From the IMG/VR virus record IMGVR_UViG_3300010005_000040: DNA of 64,000 nt, one strand, 5' to 3'. Under the pieces are notes generated by a model. The model saw only the letters and a list, made by a program, of their open reading frames with translations, searched no databases and was not told the DNA's origin. The stretch comes from a virus. Position 1 is the first letter of the stretch. Each line of letters starts with the position of its first letter. Made by a program: the position numbers and the translations under genes. This document shows positions 32,284-41,595 of this stretch, in pieces.

Positions 32284-34206
32284 ACTTAGCGAGTAGGTCT
32301 CAAGGCCGCTGATACCCATCACCGTCAATGCTTTCGCGAGAGCTTGTTTCTTCGACTCCGCAAGAAGCTGGACAGCATTCTTGACTACCGGCAACGTGGT
32401 CGCGTCCCCGCCTTGCGCTATGAGGTTGACCAACTCACCAACGCTCTTTCGGGACAGGTATTCCGAGGTTTTCTTGGCGCCGTAGCCTGCAACCATTGCC
32501 GGGATGCCGACACCCGGCGCCGCGACCGATCCAGCGCCGCCAAGCATGGCCGAAAGACCACCGCTGGTGGGCGATACCTTGCCGATGAGGCGCAGTGCGT
32601 TCTGCGTATTTGAGCCAAGAACAGCCCGTTCGGTGGCCGCCATTTCGTCAGGCGTGAGGCCGCGCCTCAACTTGGGGTCAGTCAACAGGCGCTTCAGTTG
32701 TTGGCGCGTTGCGTTCTCGACATTCCCACCGGAACCGGAAGATCCGGCATTGAGCCCTGCCCTGTCGAGCAAATCGTTCACGGTGCTGAGCTTCGAAAGC
32801 CTGGTGTTCATGTCGCGCGCATGGGTAATCGCCTGCGCGGCCTGTTCGGCATCCCCCGCAACGACCTCCCCAGGGCCAGCCTTGGCAATGAAATTGTCAA
32901 TCGCCTTGATCATCTTCTGGCCAAAGAACGATTCCGCGCTATCGGACGAATTGGCGACATCGCGGCGCACGACTTGGCGTAGCTGGTCGAGTTGCGTTAG
33001 CGTTGGCGAAGAGTCCTTCAGCGCCTGTATTTCCGCTATCATCGACGCGGCTTTGGGGTGGCGCATAGGGCTGATATTGGCGCTCTTAACATCGTTGGTC
33101 ATGTCCTGCACAAGCCCGTTGAAGGCCTGCGGGGAATACCTGACGCCTGAACTGTCTACCGCTTGATACGCGCTGTCCTTGGCGGCGCGAAGGGTATCTT
33201 CCGTCATCGCGGGTGCGGCACGGTTGAACGCGCCAGCCGCCTTGCCAAGCAGCCATGATGCACCATCGGCAACGGGCGGCATCGCCGTCCCCACTCCGGC
33301 GCCTATGGCGGTCGATCCGACAACATCACGAAGACTGCCACCGCGAGCGGCTGTATCCGCCCCGCTGATAGCGCCATTTGTCAGGCCAGAAGCAGCCATG
33401 CGAGAGGGGAGAGACATGCCGGGGGCAAGGCCGAAGAGCTTCGCACCCGTCGCGCTGGCAGCTACAGGGGCGGTCGCGATAGCGGCACCAGCCATATTCC
33501 CTGCCATATGGGCATAGGGATGCGATTCCCTGCTTTGGTCACGCAAGGTCTGCATCTGGTCCTTGACCTGGGAGAAGGGCTCTCCAGAAATCATTGAGCC
33601 AAGGCCAGCAGACGCGTTCAGCACCCCTTTGTCGAGCAAACCTCCGAGAATTGGAACGCCTTCCGCGCCTGAGGTCAGGAAGGTGCCCTTTGCTCCCATC
33701 GTGACATTGCCCGACTGTGGGTCGTAGCCATCAACGCCGGGAGGCTGGTATTCGGGAACTCCGGGAGGCTGCATGGTCGAGGGGTCGACCTGAACCGGCG
33801 GTTGTGCAGCCTGCTCGGCCTGCATCTTGGCCTGCGCAATGGCCAGAGCGCGCTGCTGTTCGAGGGTCATTGATTTTCCTTGCCCGCTCTGAGCCGAATA
33901 GTACTGGTCCTGAGCCTTATGGAGCGCCTGGGCGTACATGTCGGCGTGATCTGGCGTATCGAAAACGCCAAGATTTTGCCCGGTGTGCGCATAAAGGCTT
34001 TCGGCGCCCTGATCCGTTAGGATTTGCCCGCTTGGCGACACTGTGGGGACGAGAATTTCGCCATTGTCCCCACCGAATGACATGGAGCGGACAGTACTAT
34101 AGGAGCCATCCGCATTTTTTACGATCGGGCGCTTTGCCAGATCGATGTTGCCCATCTGAAGCAGGCCCGGGAACGGCCCGATAGGGCTAGCCTGCCTCAT
34201 TGCCAT
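32266..34206 (-). CDS. Internal virion/DNA ejection protein (646 aa)
   Basis: Ala/Gly-rich helical protein in the ejection-gene position; N-terminal GNIDLAKRPIVKNADGSYSTVRSMS domain. Confidence 0.7.
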   Translation of the reverse strand: MAMRQASPIGPFPGLLQMGNIDLAKRPIVKNADGSYSTVRSMSFGGDNGEILVPTVSPSGQILTDQGAESLYAHTGQNLGVFDTPDHADMYAQALHKAQDQYYSAQSGQGKSMTLEQQRALAIAQAKMQAEQAAQPPVQVDPSTMQPPGVPEYQPPGVDGYDPQSGNVTMGAKGTFLTSGAEGVPILGGLLDKGVLNASAGLGSMISGEPFSQVKDQMQTLRDQSRESHPYAHMAGNMAGAAIATAPVAASATGAKLFGLAPGMSLPSRMAASGLTNGAISGADTAARGGSLRDVVGSTAIGAGVGTAMPPVADGASWLLGKAAGAFNRAAPAMTEDTLRAAKDSAYQAVDSSGVRYSPQAFNGLVQDMTNDVKSANISPMRHPKAASMIAEIQALKDSSPTLTQLDQLRQVVRRDVANSSDSAESFFGQKMIKAIDNFIAKAGPGEVVAGDAEQAAQAITHARDMNTRLSKLSTVNDLLDRAGLNAGSSGSGGNVENATRQQLKRLLTDPKLRRGLTPDEMAATERAVLGSNTQNALRLIGKVSPTSGGLSAMLGGAGSVAAPGVGIPAMVAGYGAKKTSEYLSRKSVGELVNLIAQGGDATTLPVVKNAVQLLAESKKQALAKALTVMGISGLETYSLSSPAKQ

Positions 34207-35579
34207 AGCTTGCGCTGCTCCGGGGTCATGTACTTCCAGAGTTTCGGGTCGCCATTATAGGTTGGCGGAGGGGCTTCCGTAGGATCTGCCGATGAAGGTA
34301 CGACGGGAGCAGGAGCCTGCGAGGGCACGGGGTCAGCGGACTGGTGGAGGCTTTCGACCGCCAGTTGACGGTTCCTTGCCTTCTGATCCAGCACGTCGGG
34401 CCCGTCTCCCGGTTGCGGGAAATACTGCTTGCGTGCGTTTTCAAATTCCGATGCGCTGATGGCGGCACCGGATTCGCGACGGAGCACCGCATTGACGAAA
34501 TCGCGCTGTGCCTGGTCATACTTTTGGTAGTCATTGCTGACCAGATAATTGCCAAGGCCCAACGGAGCGCTGGCCTTCAGGTTTTCTTTCAGGGAAGCGC
34601 CGGCCGCCGAAACATTGGGATCAGATACGATCTTGTCAGCCTCAGCCGCCCGGAGAGCGAAACCACCAGCCTTGCGCATGTCCTCGCTATATTTCGGCCC
34701 GGTGATCGGGATATTGCCGTTAACCGGTTGCGGAGATCCACCCGCCGCTGGCTGCTGAAAGATGCCCTGCGGAGTCATGAAGATGATTTCGCCGTTCGGT
34801 CCAGTGACCTGTTTGCCAGCGGCAACGTTGGCCGCCTGCTCCTTGGTCAGGACCTTCTGGTCCAGGAGGTAGTTTAGGCCCTGCGCCTCGACACTCTTGC
34901 CAGAGAAGAACTGAGTCCCGCCGCTGGCGTTCTGATCGCTCGGGAAGACAGCCGCGCCGTTGTCCGTGTAGCGCGGCACGCCATTGGCATCAGCCCTGAT
35001 TTCGCGCTTGGTGTCTTCTCCCAGCTTGCCGGTCAGGATGAATGACTTGCCTTCTGGCGTTGCAGGATCTCCACCATACTGTTTGAGGGCAGCGGCGCGC
35101 TGATCGAACTCGGTTGCACCGCCACCCTTTGCCCGCTGGAGCATGTAGGTACGCAGAGCGCCTTTATCCGAAGCAAGGACGGTTGCGGTGCCGGGATCAA
35201 GGCCCTGTTCCTGAAGCCAACCGATCGTGCGTGTCTTCGCTGCCTGCTTGGGTGCGAACAGGTTGGTCAGGAAGTCGCCCACACCACCACCAGAGGCCAC
35301 AGGGGCGGCCTGTGGAGCGCTCTGGGGCATGGGTTGGCCTTGCGGGGCCTGCGGAGGCATCAGTGACGGCGCTTGGCCTGGATTCTGGGTCGGCACCAAG
35401 CCGGGGTTCTGCGTCGGCTGCTGTATCTGTGGCGGCTGGGCAAACCGCGCCATCTGCGCTTGGAGCAACGCCGGATTGGCATGATCGCCAACGGCTGTCG
35501 CGGCCTGAGTGGGCGCGCCAAGGATGGACTGCGACCCATTCGGGTTCAGCAATTGGGCAAGAAGCGCGGTAATGTCCAT
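34197..35579 (-). CDS. Internal virion/DNA ejection protein (460 aa)
   Basis: Gln/Pro-rich N-terminus; FVNAVLRRESGAAIS.SEF....KQYFPQPGD motif seen in podovirus ejection proteins. Confidence 0.7.
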   Translation of the reverse strand: MDITALLAQLLNPNGSQSILGAPTQAATAVGDHANPALLQAQMARFAQPPQIQQPTQNPGLVPTQNPGQAPSLMPPQAPQGQPMPQSAPQAAPVASGGGVGDFLTNLFAPKQAAKTRTIGWLQEQGLDPGTATVLASDKGALRTYMLQRAKGGGATEFDQRAAALKQYGGDPATPEGKSFILTGKLGEDTKREIRADANGVPRYTDNGAAVFPSDQNASGGTQFFSGKSVEAQGLNYLLDQKVLTKEQAANVAAGKQVTGPNGEIIFMTPQGIFQQPAAGGSPQPVNGNIPITGPKYSEDMRKAGGFALRAAEADKIVSDPNVSAAGASLKENLKASAPLGLGNYLVSNDYQKYDQAQRDFVNAVLRRESGAAISASEFENARKQYFPQPGDGPDVLDQKARNRQLAVESLHQSADPVPSQAPAPVVPSSADPTEAPPPTYNGDPKLWKYMTPEQRKLWQ

Positions 35580-35601
35580 CTATGGACCCCTCAAATTCAA
35601 G

Positions 35602-35931
35602 TCAGTGACCGCCCCAGCCATTGCCATTGCCGCCGCTGGAAGCGCCTCGGGCACCGCCGCCTTCGCCACCACGACCGCCAACAAATGCCTGCTGTTTCTG
35701 CTGGACAACGGGAGGAGCGAGGGGCGTGCGGGCCAGCATTCGCGCCCGCGTCGCCTGAGCGGCCTGTTCCGGTGTCAAAGCCGGCATGCCATATCCGGGT
35801 TGCTGAATGGCGGGCGGTGGGGGCGCCATAGCAGATGGAGCCTGTGGCTGTTGATAGCCTTGGCTTCCCGCAAAGAGCGACGCCAGAGGATTGCCGTTCG
35901 GCTGAACAGTCGAGGGTGAGTTTCCGCCCAT
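35602..35931 (-). CDS. Small low-complexity virion protein, starts MGGNSPST
   Basis: GAGG SD before ATG 35931; Gly-rich tail. Confidence 0.55.
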   Translation of the reverse strand: MGGNSPSTVQPNGNPLASLFAGSQGYQQPQAPSAMAPPPPAIQQPGYGMPALTPEQAAQATRARMLARTPLAPPVVQQKQQAFVGGRGGEGGGARGASSGGNGNGWGGH

Positions 35932-35935
35932 TATA

Positions 35936-36145
35936 TCACCTCTTTGGTGGGGTTGGTGGCGTAGGGCCGTACCCAAAAAGGCCGACAACACTCTTAATGG
36001 CCTCTATTAGAGGGTCGGGGGTGGTTGTCGGATCACTGTAACTCAATGGGTCGACACGCGGTGGTCCACTGATGGACTGCATCATCTGAGGAGTGATGAC
36101 AGGCGAAGGGCCGCTTTCTGGTGTGCTTGGTGAGTTCCCGCCCAT
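35936..36145 (-). CDS. Small virion protein, starts MGGNSPST
   Basis: GGAGG SD; Pro-rich. Confidence 0.6.
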   Translation of the reverse strand: MGGNSPSTPESGPSPVITPQMMQSISGPPRVDPLSYSDPTTTPDPLIEAIKSVVGLFGYGPTPPTPPKR

Positions 36146-36993
36146 TATTTACCTCCGAACAAGCCGCCGAGGGCGCCAAGAGCAGCCATCGGGTTGGATG
36201 AGGATGAATTCCCGGTTTGCGTGCCGTAGTTACCGGCAGCTCCCGCTGCCGCCTGCTGGAGCATTCCAAGGCGGGTCCAGTCTTGGTTGTCAGCCGCATA
36301 GAACTGGTTGATCTGGTCGTTGAGCTGCTTCTGCGCTTGGCTATCGAGCAAACCGCCGGCCTGGAGCGTTGCACCTGCCCCGGTCAATGCGTTCTGAAAC
36401 TGCTGCTGGTCTTGGGCGCCCATCGCGTTTGTCGCGCTGAGAGCCCTGTCGAGGCCGGCATTGCGTGAGGAATCCATTTGGCCGTTAGCAGCCAACATGT
36501 TTTGCGTATCGCGGTTAAACTGGTCCGAAAGAGCCGAGGAACGGATATTGCCAAGCGAGTTGGTCAGCACACCGGTATTCGCACCCGAACCATAGCGCCC
36601 TGCCCCGGAAAACTGGCTCTGAACCTGAGCAGCGGTTGAGTCCAATTGTCCCTTGAGGGCATCATTGAAATAGGGATTGCCGTTCTGGAGGTACGTTCCA
36701 TTGGCCATGTCGCCAAGGTTCTGCTCTGCATAGGATGGCCCCGTGGAAGCGGCGCCGATGCCCTGCAAGAGAGGTCGCGTACCAGCCGTGTTGGTATTGG
36801 CGCCAGCCGTGGCAAGCTGGTTGATGCCGCCCATCGTCGTGCCGGAAAGATTCGATACGGTCGGACCGCTGTAGGTGTTTCCACCCGAACCGGAATTGTA
36901 GAGGTTTTGCGCCTCCGTTGCCGACTGCGTGAATAGCGGTTTGGCCCAGCCAGGCGGTTCGCTTGTCTGGGTCGAAGATGTTGACGAGCCCAT
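36145..36993 (-). CDS. DNA pilot/ejection protein (P22 gp7-like position)
   Basis: MGSSTSSTQT start; NPY...GRYGSG motif; Gly/Ala-rich C-terminus. Confidence 0.65.
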   Translation of the reverse strand: MGSSTSSTQTSEPPGWAKPLFTQSATEAQNLYNSGSGGNTYSGPTVSNLSGTTMGGINQLATAGANTNTAGTRPLLQGIGAASTGPSYAEQNLGDMANGTYLQNGNPYFNDALKGQLDSTAAQVQSQFSGAGRYGSGANTGVLTNSLGNIRSSALSDQFNRDTQNMLAANGQMDSSRNAGLDRALSATNAMGAQDQQQFQNALTGAGATLQAGGLLDSQAQKQLNDQINQFYAADNQDWTRLGMLQQAAAGAAGNYGTQTGNSSSSNPMAALGALGGLFGGK

Positions 36994-36995
36994 GG

Positions 36996-37427
36996 CTACC
37001 TCGATTTTCGATAGAGAACGGCGTGCTGGCGATAGCCCCGAGGCTTCAGGAACTTGTCCCAGCCTGCTCGGCCTTCAACGGCGATCACATTGCAGTTGTT
37101 CTGTGCCGCGCTGTCTTCCAGAGCGACTGTCAGTTCGTCGGCGAATTTTGCCACGTCGCGCCCCGCCAGATCACAGAGCGTGAATATCCTTGAAGCCGTG
37201 GCATCAACCGTGCGGATTGTCGTCAAGGCCATGGCTACGAACGCTTCGCCATCCCTGACCAGCCAGAGCGTCTTTCTCCCCGCCAGGAATTCCTGGAACA
37301 GGGCTGTTGTCGTCACGTCTCCGGGGTACCTCTTGGCCAGTCTGCCCATCTCCCGGAGGACATCGCTCATGTATGGTGCCAGACGATCCAGCGGCCATTG
37401 AGAGGCGTTCTCTACGGTATAGGTCAA
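36996..37427 (-). CDS. GNAT-fold acetyltransferase-like protein
   Basis: LWLVRDG...AMALT...LAGRD...AAQNNCNVIAVEGRAGWDKFL..GY; conserved position in podovirus tail modules. Confidence 0.65.
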   Translation of the reverse strand: MTYTVENASQWPLDRLAPYMSDVLREMGRLAKRYPGDVTTTALFQEFLAGRKTLWLVRDGEAFVAMALTTIRTVDATASRIFTLCDLAGRDVAKFADELTVALEDSAAQNNCNVIAVEGRAGWDKFLKPRGYRQHAVLYRKSR

Positions 37428-38884
37428 TGCTTGCCTGCCGGCTGGGAAGGTATCTCAAGGCCCTGTGCGTGCGTCCACACCGTACCAGCTGGGATCTTAA
37501 GCCTCAGGCTTAGGAACCGGGAGGCGAGCATCTTGGTCACGCGGCCAGTCAATGGGTGGGGCGATAGTTCATCCGTCCAGGATTTGGCCGCGCCACGCGT
37601 CATCCTAGAGCCTATGGCGACCGTGTAACTATCGGTATCCACGACGCCATAGAAAGACGAAAGCATGGTGATCGTGCCCCCTAGCTCGCCCTGCTCCTGA
37701 GTGGTTAGCGTGGCCTCTTTCGGCGTTCCATTGAAGAAGCCAAGGCGATAGTCTGTCGTCCATCCCGCCAAAATAGGGGCTCCGCCCTGCCAGACCTTGC
37801 TATCGAGGGAGAATGGCAGCGTGTCGATATTGGTTGACACCGTGTCGAGGGTTTCGAGGGTGTAGCCGGCGGTTGCTGCCGGGAAGATCCCCACATTGCT
37901 CTGAGAGGCGATCGTCCAACGCTGCTGGAGCCAGTCATAGACCAGAACGAAGTTGAAATTACCCGCGCCAGTCAGGTCGAACGTCCAATACACTCGCGAA
38001 TAGAACGGATCGATCGCGCCAACCATCGTTGCAATGTTGGAAGCCGCGATCTGGCCGAAAAACGTCCTATCCACCTTTTCGAAGCCAATTCCCGCGATCG
38101 AGCCATCGGCGCCGATCTGGAAGAACCCGCCCTCATCGGCGAAAAAGGTGTTTTCACCCCGAGAAGCGATGGAATAAGGCGATTTTGCCCCTCTTCCATC
38201 GTGGATTTTCACGAAGGAGAAGATAATCGAAGAGCCGGGGACGAAAGTACCGAGATAAATGGCCCGCTCTAGGATGATGATCGGGTTTGTTGCGCGGGAC
38301 GAGCCTTGGACGACGCCGCCTTCCGGGAAGTCCTGGAAATCCGAGTTGTTCGTTCCTGGCGTCCAGCCGGTGATGTCATTTAGAGCGGACCACTGCGCCC
38401 GGTTGGGGTTGGTGGCGAGCTGCATTAGGCAGAGGAAATCACCCCAAGCCCTGACGAAAGCTGCTCTTGGAGGAGAGCCCGGTAGATCCGTGAACGTTGT
38501 CGACACGCCCAACTGAAAATATTGCGGGTTGTCGTTGATATCGACCGCGACAACGTACTCGCCAAACTGCTCAAAGCACCACGGCGTAACATCCGTGGCT
38601 CCATAGGTCGTGGCTGGCTTGGATATGTCCGTCCAGGCCAAGGTGGTGTTGTCGAGCTTGTAGAGTTTGGTAGCCGTCCCTGCAAAGATTGTGACCGCGC
38701 CACTCAGGCTGCGTGCCGTGAAATACCCCAAGGGTTTCGCCGCCAATGCCGAGGTAAATGGCAGCAGATCAGGGAACGGAAGGTATGAATCGCTAGAGCA
38801 AAGGACATTGCTGATGTCGCCCGTCGCCTGGGTGTTCAATTCTGCGGTGTCTGGCGTCCAAGGCGTGAAGGCTACCAGCGTCAT
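37424..38884 (-). CDS. Tail/head-closure (nozzle, P22 gp10-like) protein
   Basis: About 486 aa beta-rich protein after the adaptor; ATGA-coupled start 38884. Confidence 0.7.
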   Translation of the reverse strand: MTLVAFTPWTPDTAELNTQATGDISNVLCSSDSYLPFPDLLPFTSALAAKPLGYFTARSLSGAVTIFAGTATKLYKLDNTTLAWTDISKPATTYGATDVTPWCFEQFGEYVVAVDINDNPQYFQLGVSTTFTDLPGSPPRAAFVRAWGDFLCLMQLATNPNRAQWSALNDITGWTPGTNNSDFQDFPEGGVVQGSSRATNPIIILERAIYLGTFVPGSSIIFSFVKIHDGRGAKSPYSIASRGENTFFADEGGFFQIGADGSIAGIGFEKVDRTFFGQIAASNIATMVGAIDPFYSRVYWTFDLTGAGNFNFVLVYDWLQQRWTIASQSNVGIFPAATAGYTLETLDTVSTNIDTLPFSLDSKVWQGGAPILAGWTTDYRLGFFNGTPKEATLTTQEQGELGGTITMLSSFYGVVDTDSYTVAIGSRMTRGAAKSWTDELSPHPLTGRVTKMLASRFLSLRLKIPAGTVWTHAQGLEIPSQPAGKH

Positions 38885-39045
38885 GGCTTCTTGCCTGCCG
38901 CCCATGCGCGAGCATCTTCTTCCGAAGACAGGCGCTCATACGCCCAGCCTTTGTCGGTCTTGACCCTCACCAGCGTCTTGCCGTCTTTGGAGCCGAGATC
39001 CGCGACTTCAAACCCAAGGCCGGTCAGCGTTTCAATGACGGTCAT
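38881..39045 (-). CDS. 54-aa hypothetical protein
   Basis: ATGA overlaps at both ends (MTVIETLTGLGFEV...). Confidence 0.55.
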   Translation of the reverse strand: MTVIETLTGLGFEVADLGSKDGKTLVRVKTDKGWAYERLSSEEDARAWAAGKKP

Positions 39046-39668
39046 GGCGTGGGCGTCCTGATCCAGACGCCGGCACGATGGTATTTGCCCATCAGGTCGG
39101 AACGGTTCAATCCAGCCACCAGCGAGGCTGCGAGTTGGCTTTGCTTGACCAGTTCGGGGTCGTTCTTGGCGTAATCGGCGGCCTGCATCAGAGAGGCGCG
39201 GAGATAGACGCTAGGGGACTTTGCCAGCAGCCAGTTTGAAGGATTGGCGTCGGATAGCGACGGGATGGCCTGATAATAAACCAGGTTGATGTTGTTCTGT
39301 GCTAGTGGGTAGGTGTAGAGGCTCGTTCCGATGATGGTGAACTTCTCGGCAAGACCCGAAGCCCCATCGGGATAGTCGCGCTCTGCCTGGTCCAGCGTCA
39401 CATAGTTCAGGGTGCGCTTGTACGAGGTGTTTTCCGAAACGCGGGTGTATTCCAGATAATCAGCCGGCAGCGCGCAGACGCCGCTTGTGGGCACCAGGGA
39501 CACCATTGCTTCCATCTCCCTGCACCGAAGCGGGGAAACGCCGTCTGAACCGTAGTTGAGCCAGTCCTCGGCCATGGTGATGAAGTCGGGGATGAATGGC
39601 CCGAGATCGGTACGCGCGAGATAGTCTGAGATTGCCGTCTGCAACTCGGCATAGGTCGTAATCGCCAT
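39042..39668 (-). CDS. Head-tail adaptor protein
   Basis: MAITTYAELQTAISDYLARTDL...FITMAE...LSDANPSNWLL...VYLRASL. Confidence 0.8.
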   Translation of the reverse strand: MAITTYAELQTAISDYLARTDLGPFIPDFITMAEDWLNYGSDGVSPLRCREMEAMVSLVPTSGVCALPADYLEYTRVSENTSYKRTLNYVTLDQAERDYPDGASGLAEKFTIIGTSLYTYPLAQNNINLVYYQAIPSLSDANPSNWLLAKSPSVYLRASLMQAADYAKNDPELVKQSQLAASLVAGLNRSDLMGKYHRAGVWIRTPTP

Positions 39669-40006
39669 CAGACCCTGCCCCGCGACGTTCGAAACTTCTT
39701 GTTGTCGCTGTCATTCATCCAACGGTTGATGAACTTCTGATCGCCCTGCTTGAGAGCGTCAGCCAAGCCGTTTTTGTAGACGAGATGATGCGGGATCGAG
39801 GCAATTCGGTTGTAGTCGCCGAACTTCTCGCCTTGGGAAGCGCTCTCAAAGGCATGATTGACAGCAAAGATGTCTTCAAGCTTGTCCTGGGGCATGTCGA
39901 TACGGGCGATGGTCTTCCCATCTTCGATGGCGATCCACACTGACCGGCCCGTTACAGGGTCATGATCGGCCAGTCTGAAATTGCCGTCCCAGATCTCCTG
40001 TTCCAT
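39668..40006 (-). CDS. Conserved virion-module protein
   Basis: RIASIP...WMNDSDNKKFRT pattern. Confidence 0.65.
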   Translation of the reverse strand: MEQEIWDGNFRLADHDPVTGRSVWIAIEDGKTIARIDMPQDKLEDIFAVNHAFESASQGEKFGDYNRIASIPHHLVYKNGLADALKQGDQKFINRWMNDSDNKKFRTSRGRV

Positions 40007-40009
40007 GGG

Positions 40010-40198
40010 TTATTCCCCAGGCAGCGGATCGCAACGCTCGGCAACGCCGGCTTCGATGAGGGCGCGGGCGTCCTTGGCAGGCATATTGATGATTTTACCA
40101 TCAGCCTTGACGCGATCTTCGCCGACCCATGTATCGCGGATCAGTTTGACCGGGGCGAGGATTTCCTTGTCAGCCATTACGGGCTCCTTTGGGTTCAT
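40010..40198 (-). CDS. Small hypothetical protein
   Basis: ARALIEAGVAE motif, after the capsid terminator. Confidence 0.55.
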   Translation of the reverse strand: MNPKEPVMADKEILAPVKLIRDTWVGEDRVKADGKIINMPAKDARALIEAGVAERCDPLPGE

Positions 40199-40200
40199 GG

Positions 40201-40230
40201 AAAAAAGGGGCCAGCGGTGAGCCAGCCCCT
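40201..40230 (-). terminator. Intrinsic terminator after capsid and decoration genes
   Basis: Minus strand AGGGGC-N13-GCCCCT-TTTTT. Confidence 0.8.
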
Positions 40231-40249
40231 TCGTTTGATGTATCGGCTA

Positions 40250-40588
40250 TCAGGCGCCGAAGACTGCGTAGGTGACAACCAGAGTGCCGTTGACAGCCGC
40301 AGCGGCCGCAACATTCTTCACAGTGATGGTCACTGTGTCGGTCGCGCAGACCATCTGGGCAACAATCGGCTCGCCGGTCGTTGCCGTGCCCAGGGTCACC
40401 GAGCCAAGCGCGAGGTCGCCGGCCTTGACGCCAACGCAGGTCAAGGTGATGACATGCGTTGCCGCAGCAGCCGTGGTCAGGGCCGCCGTGGTGAGCTTGC
40501 CGAAGCGATTGGCAAGCGTGGCTGTCGAGGTGCCGCCGGTGCCGGTGCAGGAAGCCGAGCCGGAGTTCAGTCGGAAAATAGTGCTCAT
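40250..40588 (-). CDS. Capsid decoration/cement-like protein
   Basis: Ala/Thr-rich beta protein directly after the major capsid gene. Confidence 0.55.
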   Translation of the reverse strand: MSTIFRLNSGSASCTGTGGTSTATLANRFGKLTTAALTTAAAATHVITLTCVGVKAGDLALGSVTLGTATTGEPIVAQMVCATDTVTITVKNVAAAAAVNGTLVVTYAVFGA

Positions 40589-40599
40589 GACATTTCTCC

Positions 40600-41589
40600 T
40601 TACGAGGCCGAGGTCAGGCCGAACACGTCGGCAACCACGCCCAAGGCGGCTTCGTTCTTCACCTTCAGGGAAAGCTCCCCGATGATGACGCCCTTCTTGC
40701 TATCGCCGGTCTTGGCCAGGTCCGGGTCTTCCTGGATTGGACGCAGAGACACCATTTCGATGTATTCCGGGTCGAGGAAGTACACGCGGCGAGCCACGGC
40801 GGCCGAAGCAGCCATGACGCGGTTCGGCTGAACCATGACCTTGCCGAACGGGCCTTCGTACCAGTCGGCAGTGCCGATGATGGTAGCGCCTTTGCCCCTC
40901 TCGATGGCGTGGCGCTGGACTGCCACGTTCGTGTCGGACATGAAGGTCACGAAGACAGACTTGCAGTACGGCGAGCAGACGACATCCGAGACATTGGCAC
41001 CAGACTGATAAGCCTGCTGCATCACGTTGTCGGTGAGCGCCTTGGTCCAGGCACGCTGGGTGCCGGGGGTTTCCGCGACAGTCAGGCCGGTGCCGGTGTT
41101 GAAGCCGCCATTCGAGCCGGAGTTGCGCGAAACGTTGGTGGTCAGCCAGGACGGCAGGCCGCCGAAGAGGCGGGTAGCGCCCGCGACAGACGCCGTGTTG
41201 GAGACGATGGCAAGCTCAACGTCCTTGCGGACTTCGATGCCAGCCTTGATCTTCTTCGTGGCGACCTTGACGACGTTGCCGGCGTTTTCAACCGCCTGCT
41301 GCGTGCCAGAGAACACCCAGCCCTGCGAAAAGATCTGGGTATAGTTGCCAACGCGGGTGGGCTGCGCCAGAGCATCGAACACGTAGTCGTCACCTTCCGT
41401 CTGCGCGTTGGCCTGCGGAGCGCGGAGAGTGTCGATTTCCCATTCAGGGTGGGTGCCCTTGGTCTTGTCCTTGCCCGCCATCGTGTAGATGGGGGTATCT
41501 TCCGGGGTGATGCGGGAGACAATATCGCTGAGCTGTTCGCGATTGCCGACCGCGACCGTCGACAGGACGGTATTGGTAGGAGCCGACAT
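40600..41589 (-). CDS. Major capsid protein (DUF5309/SU10-like)
   Basis: GNREQLSDIVSRITPEDTPIY...HEWEIDTL...NYTQIF...ELSLKVKNEAA. Confidence 0.9.
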   Translation of the reverse strand: MSAPTNTVLSTVAVGNREQLSDIVSRITPEDTPIYTMAGKDKTKGTHPEWEIDTLRAPQANAQTEGDDYVFDALAQPTRVGNYTQIFSQGWVFSGTQQAVENAGNVVKVATKKIKAGIEVRKDVELAIVSNTASVAGATRLFGGLPSWLTTNVSRNSGSNGGFNTGTGLTVAETPGTQRAWTKALTDNVMQQAYQSGANVSDVVCSPYCKSVFVTFMSDTNVAVQRHAIERGKGATIIGTADWYEGPFGKVMVQPNRVMAASAAVARRVYFLDPEYIEMVSLRPIQEDPDLAKTGDSKKGVIIGELSLKVKNEAALGVVADVFGLTSAS

Positions 41590-41595
41590 GGTGGC

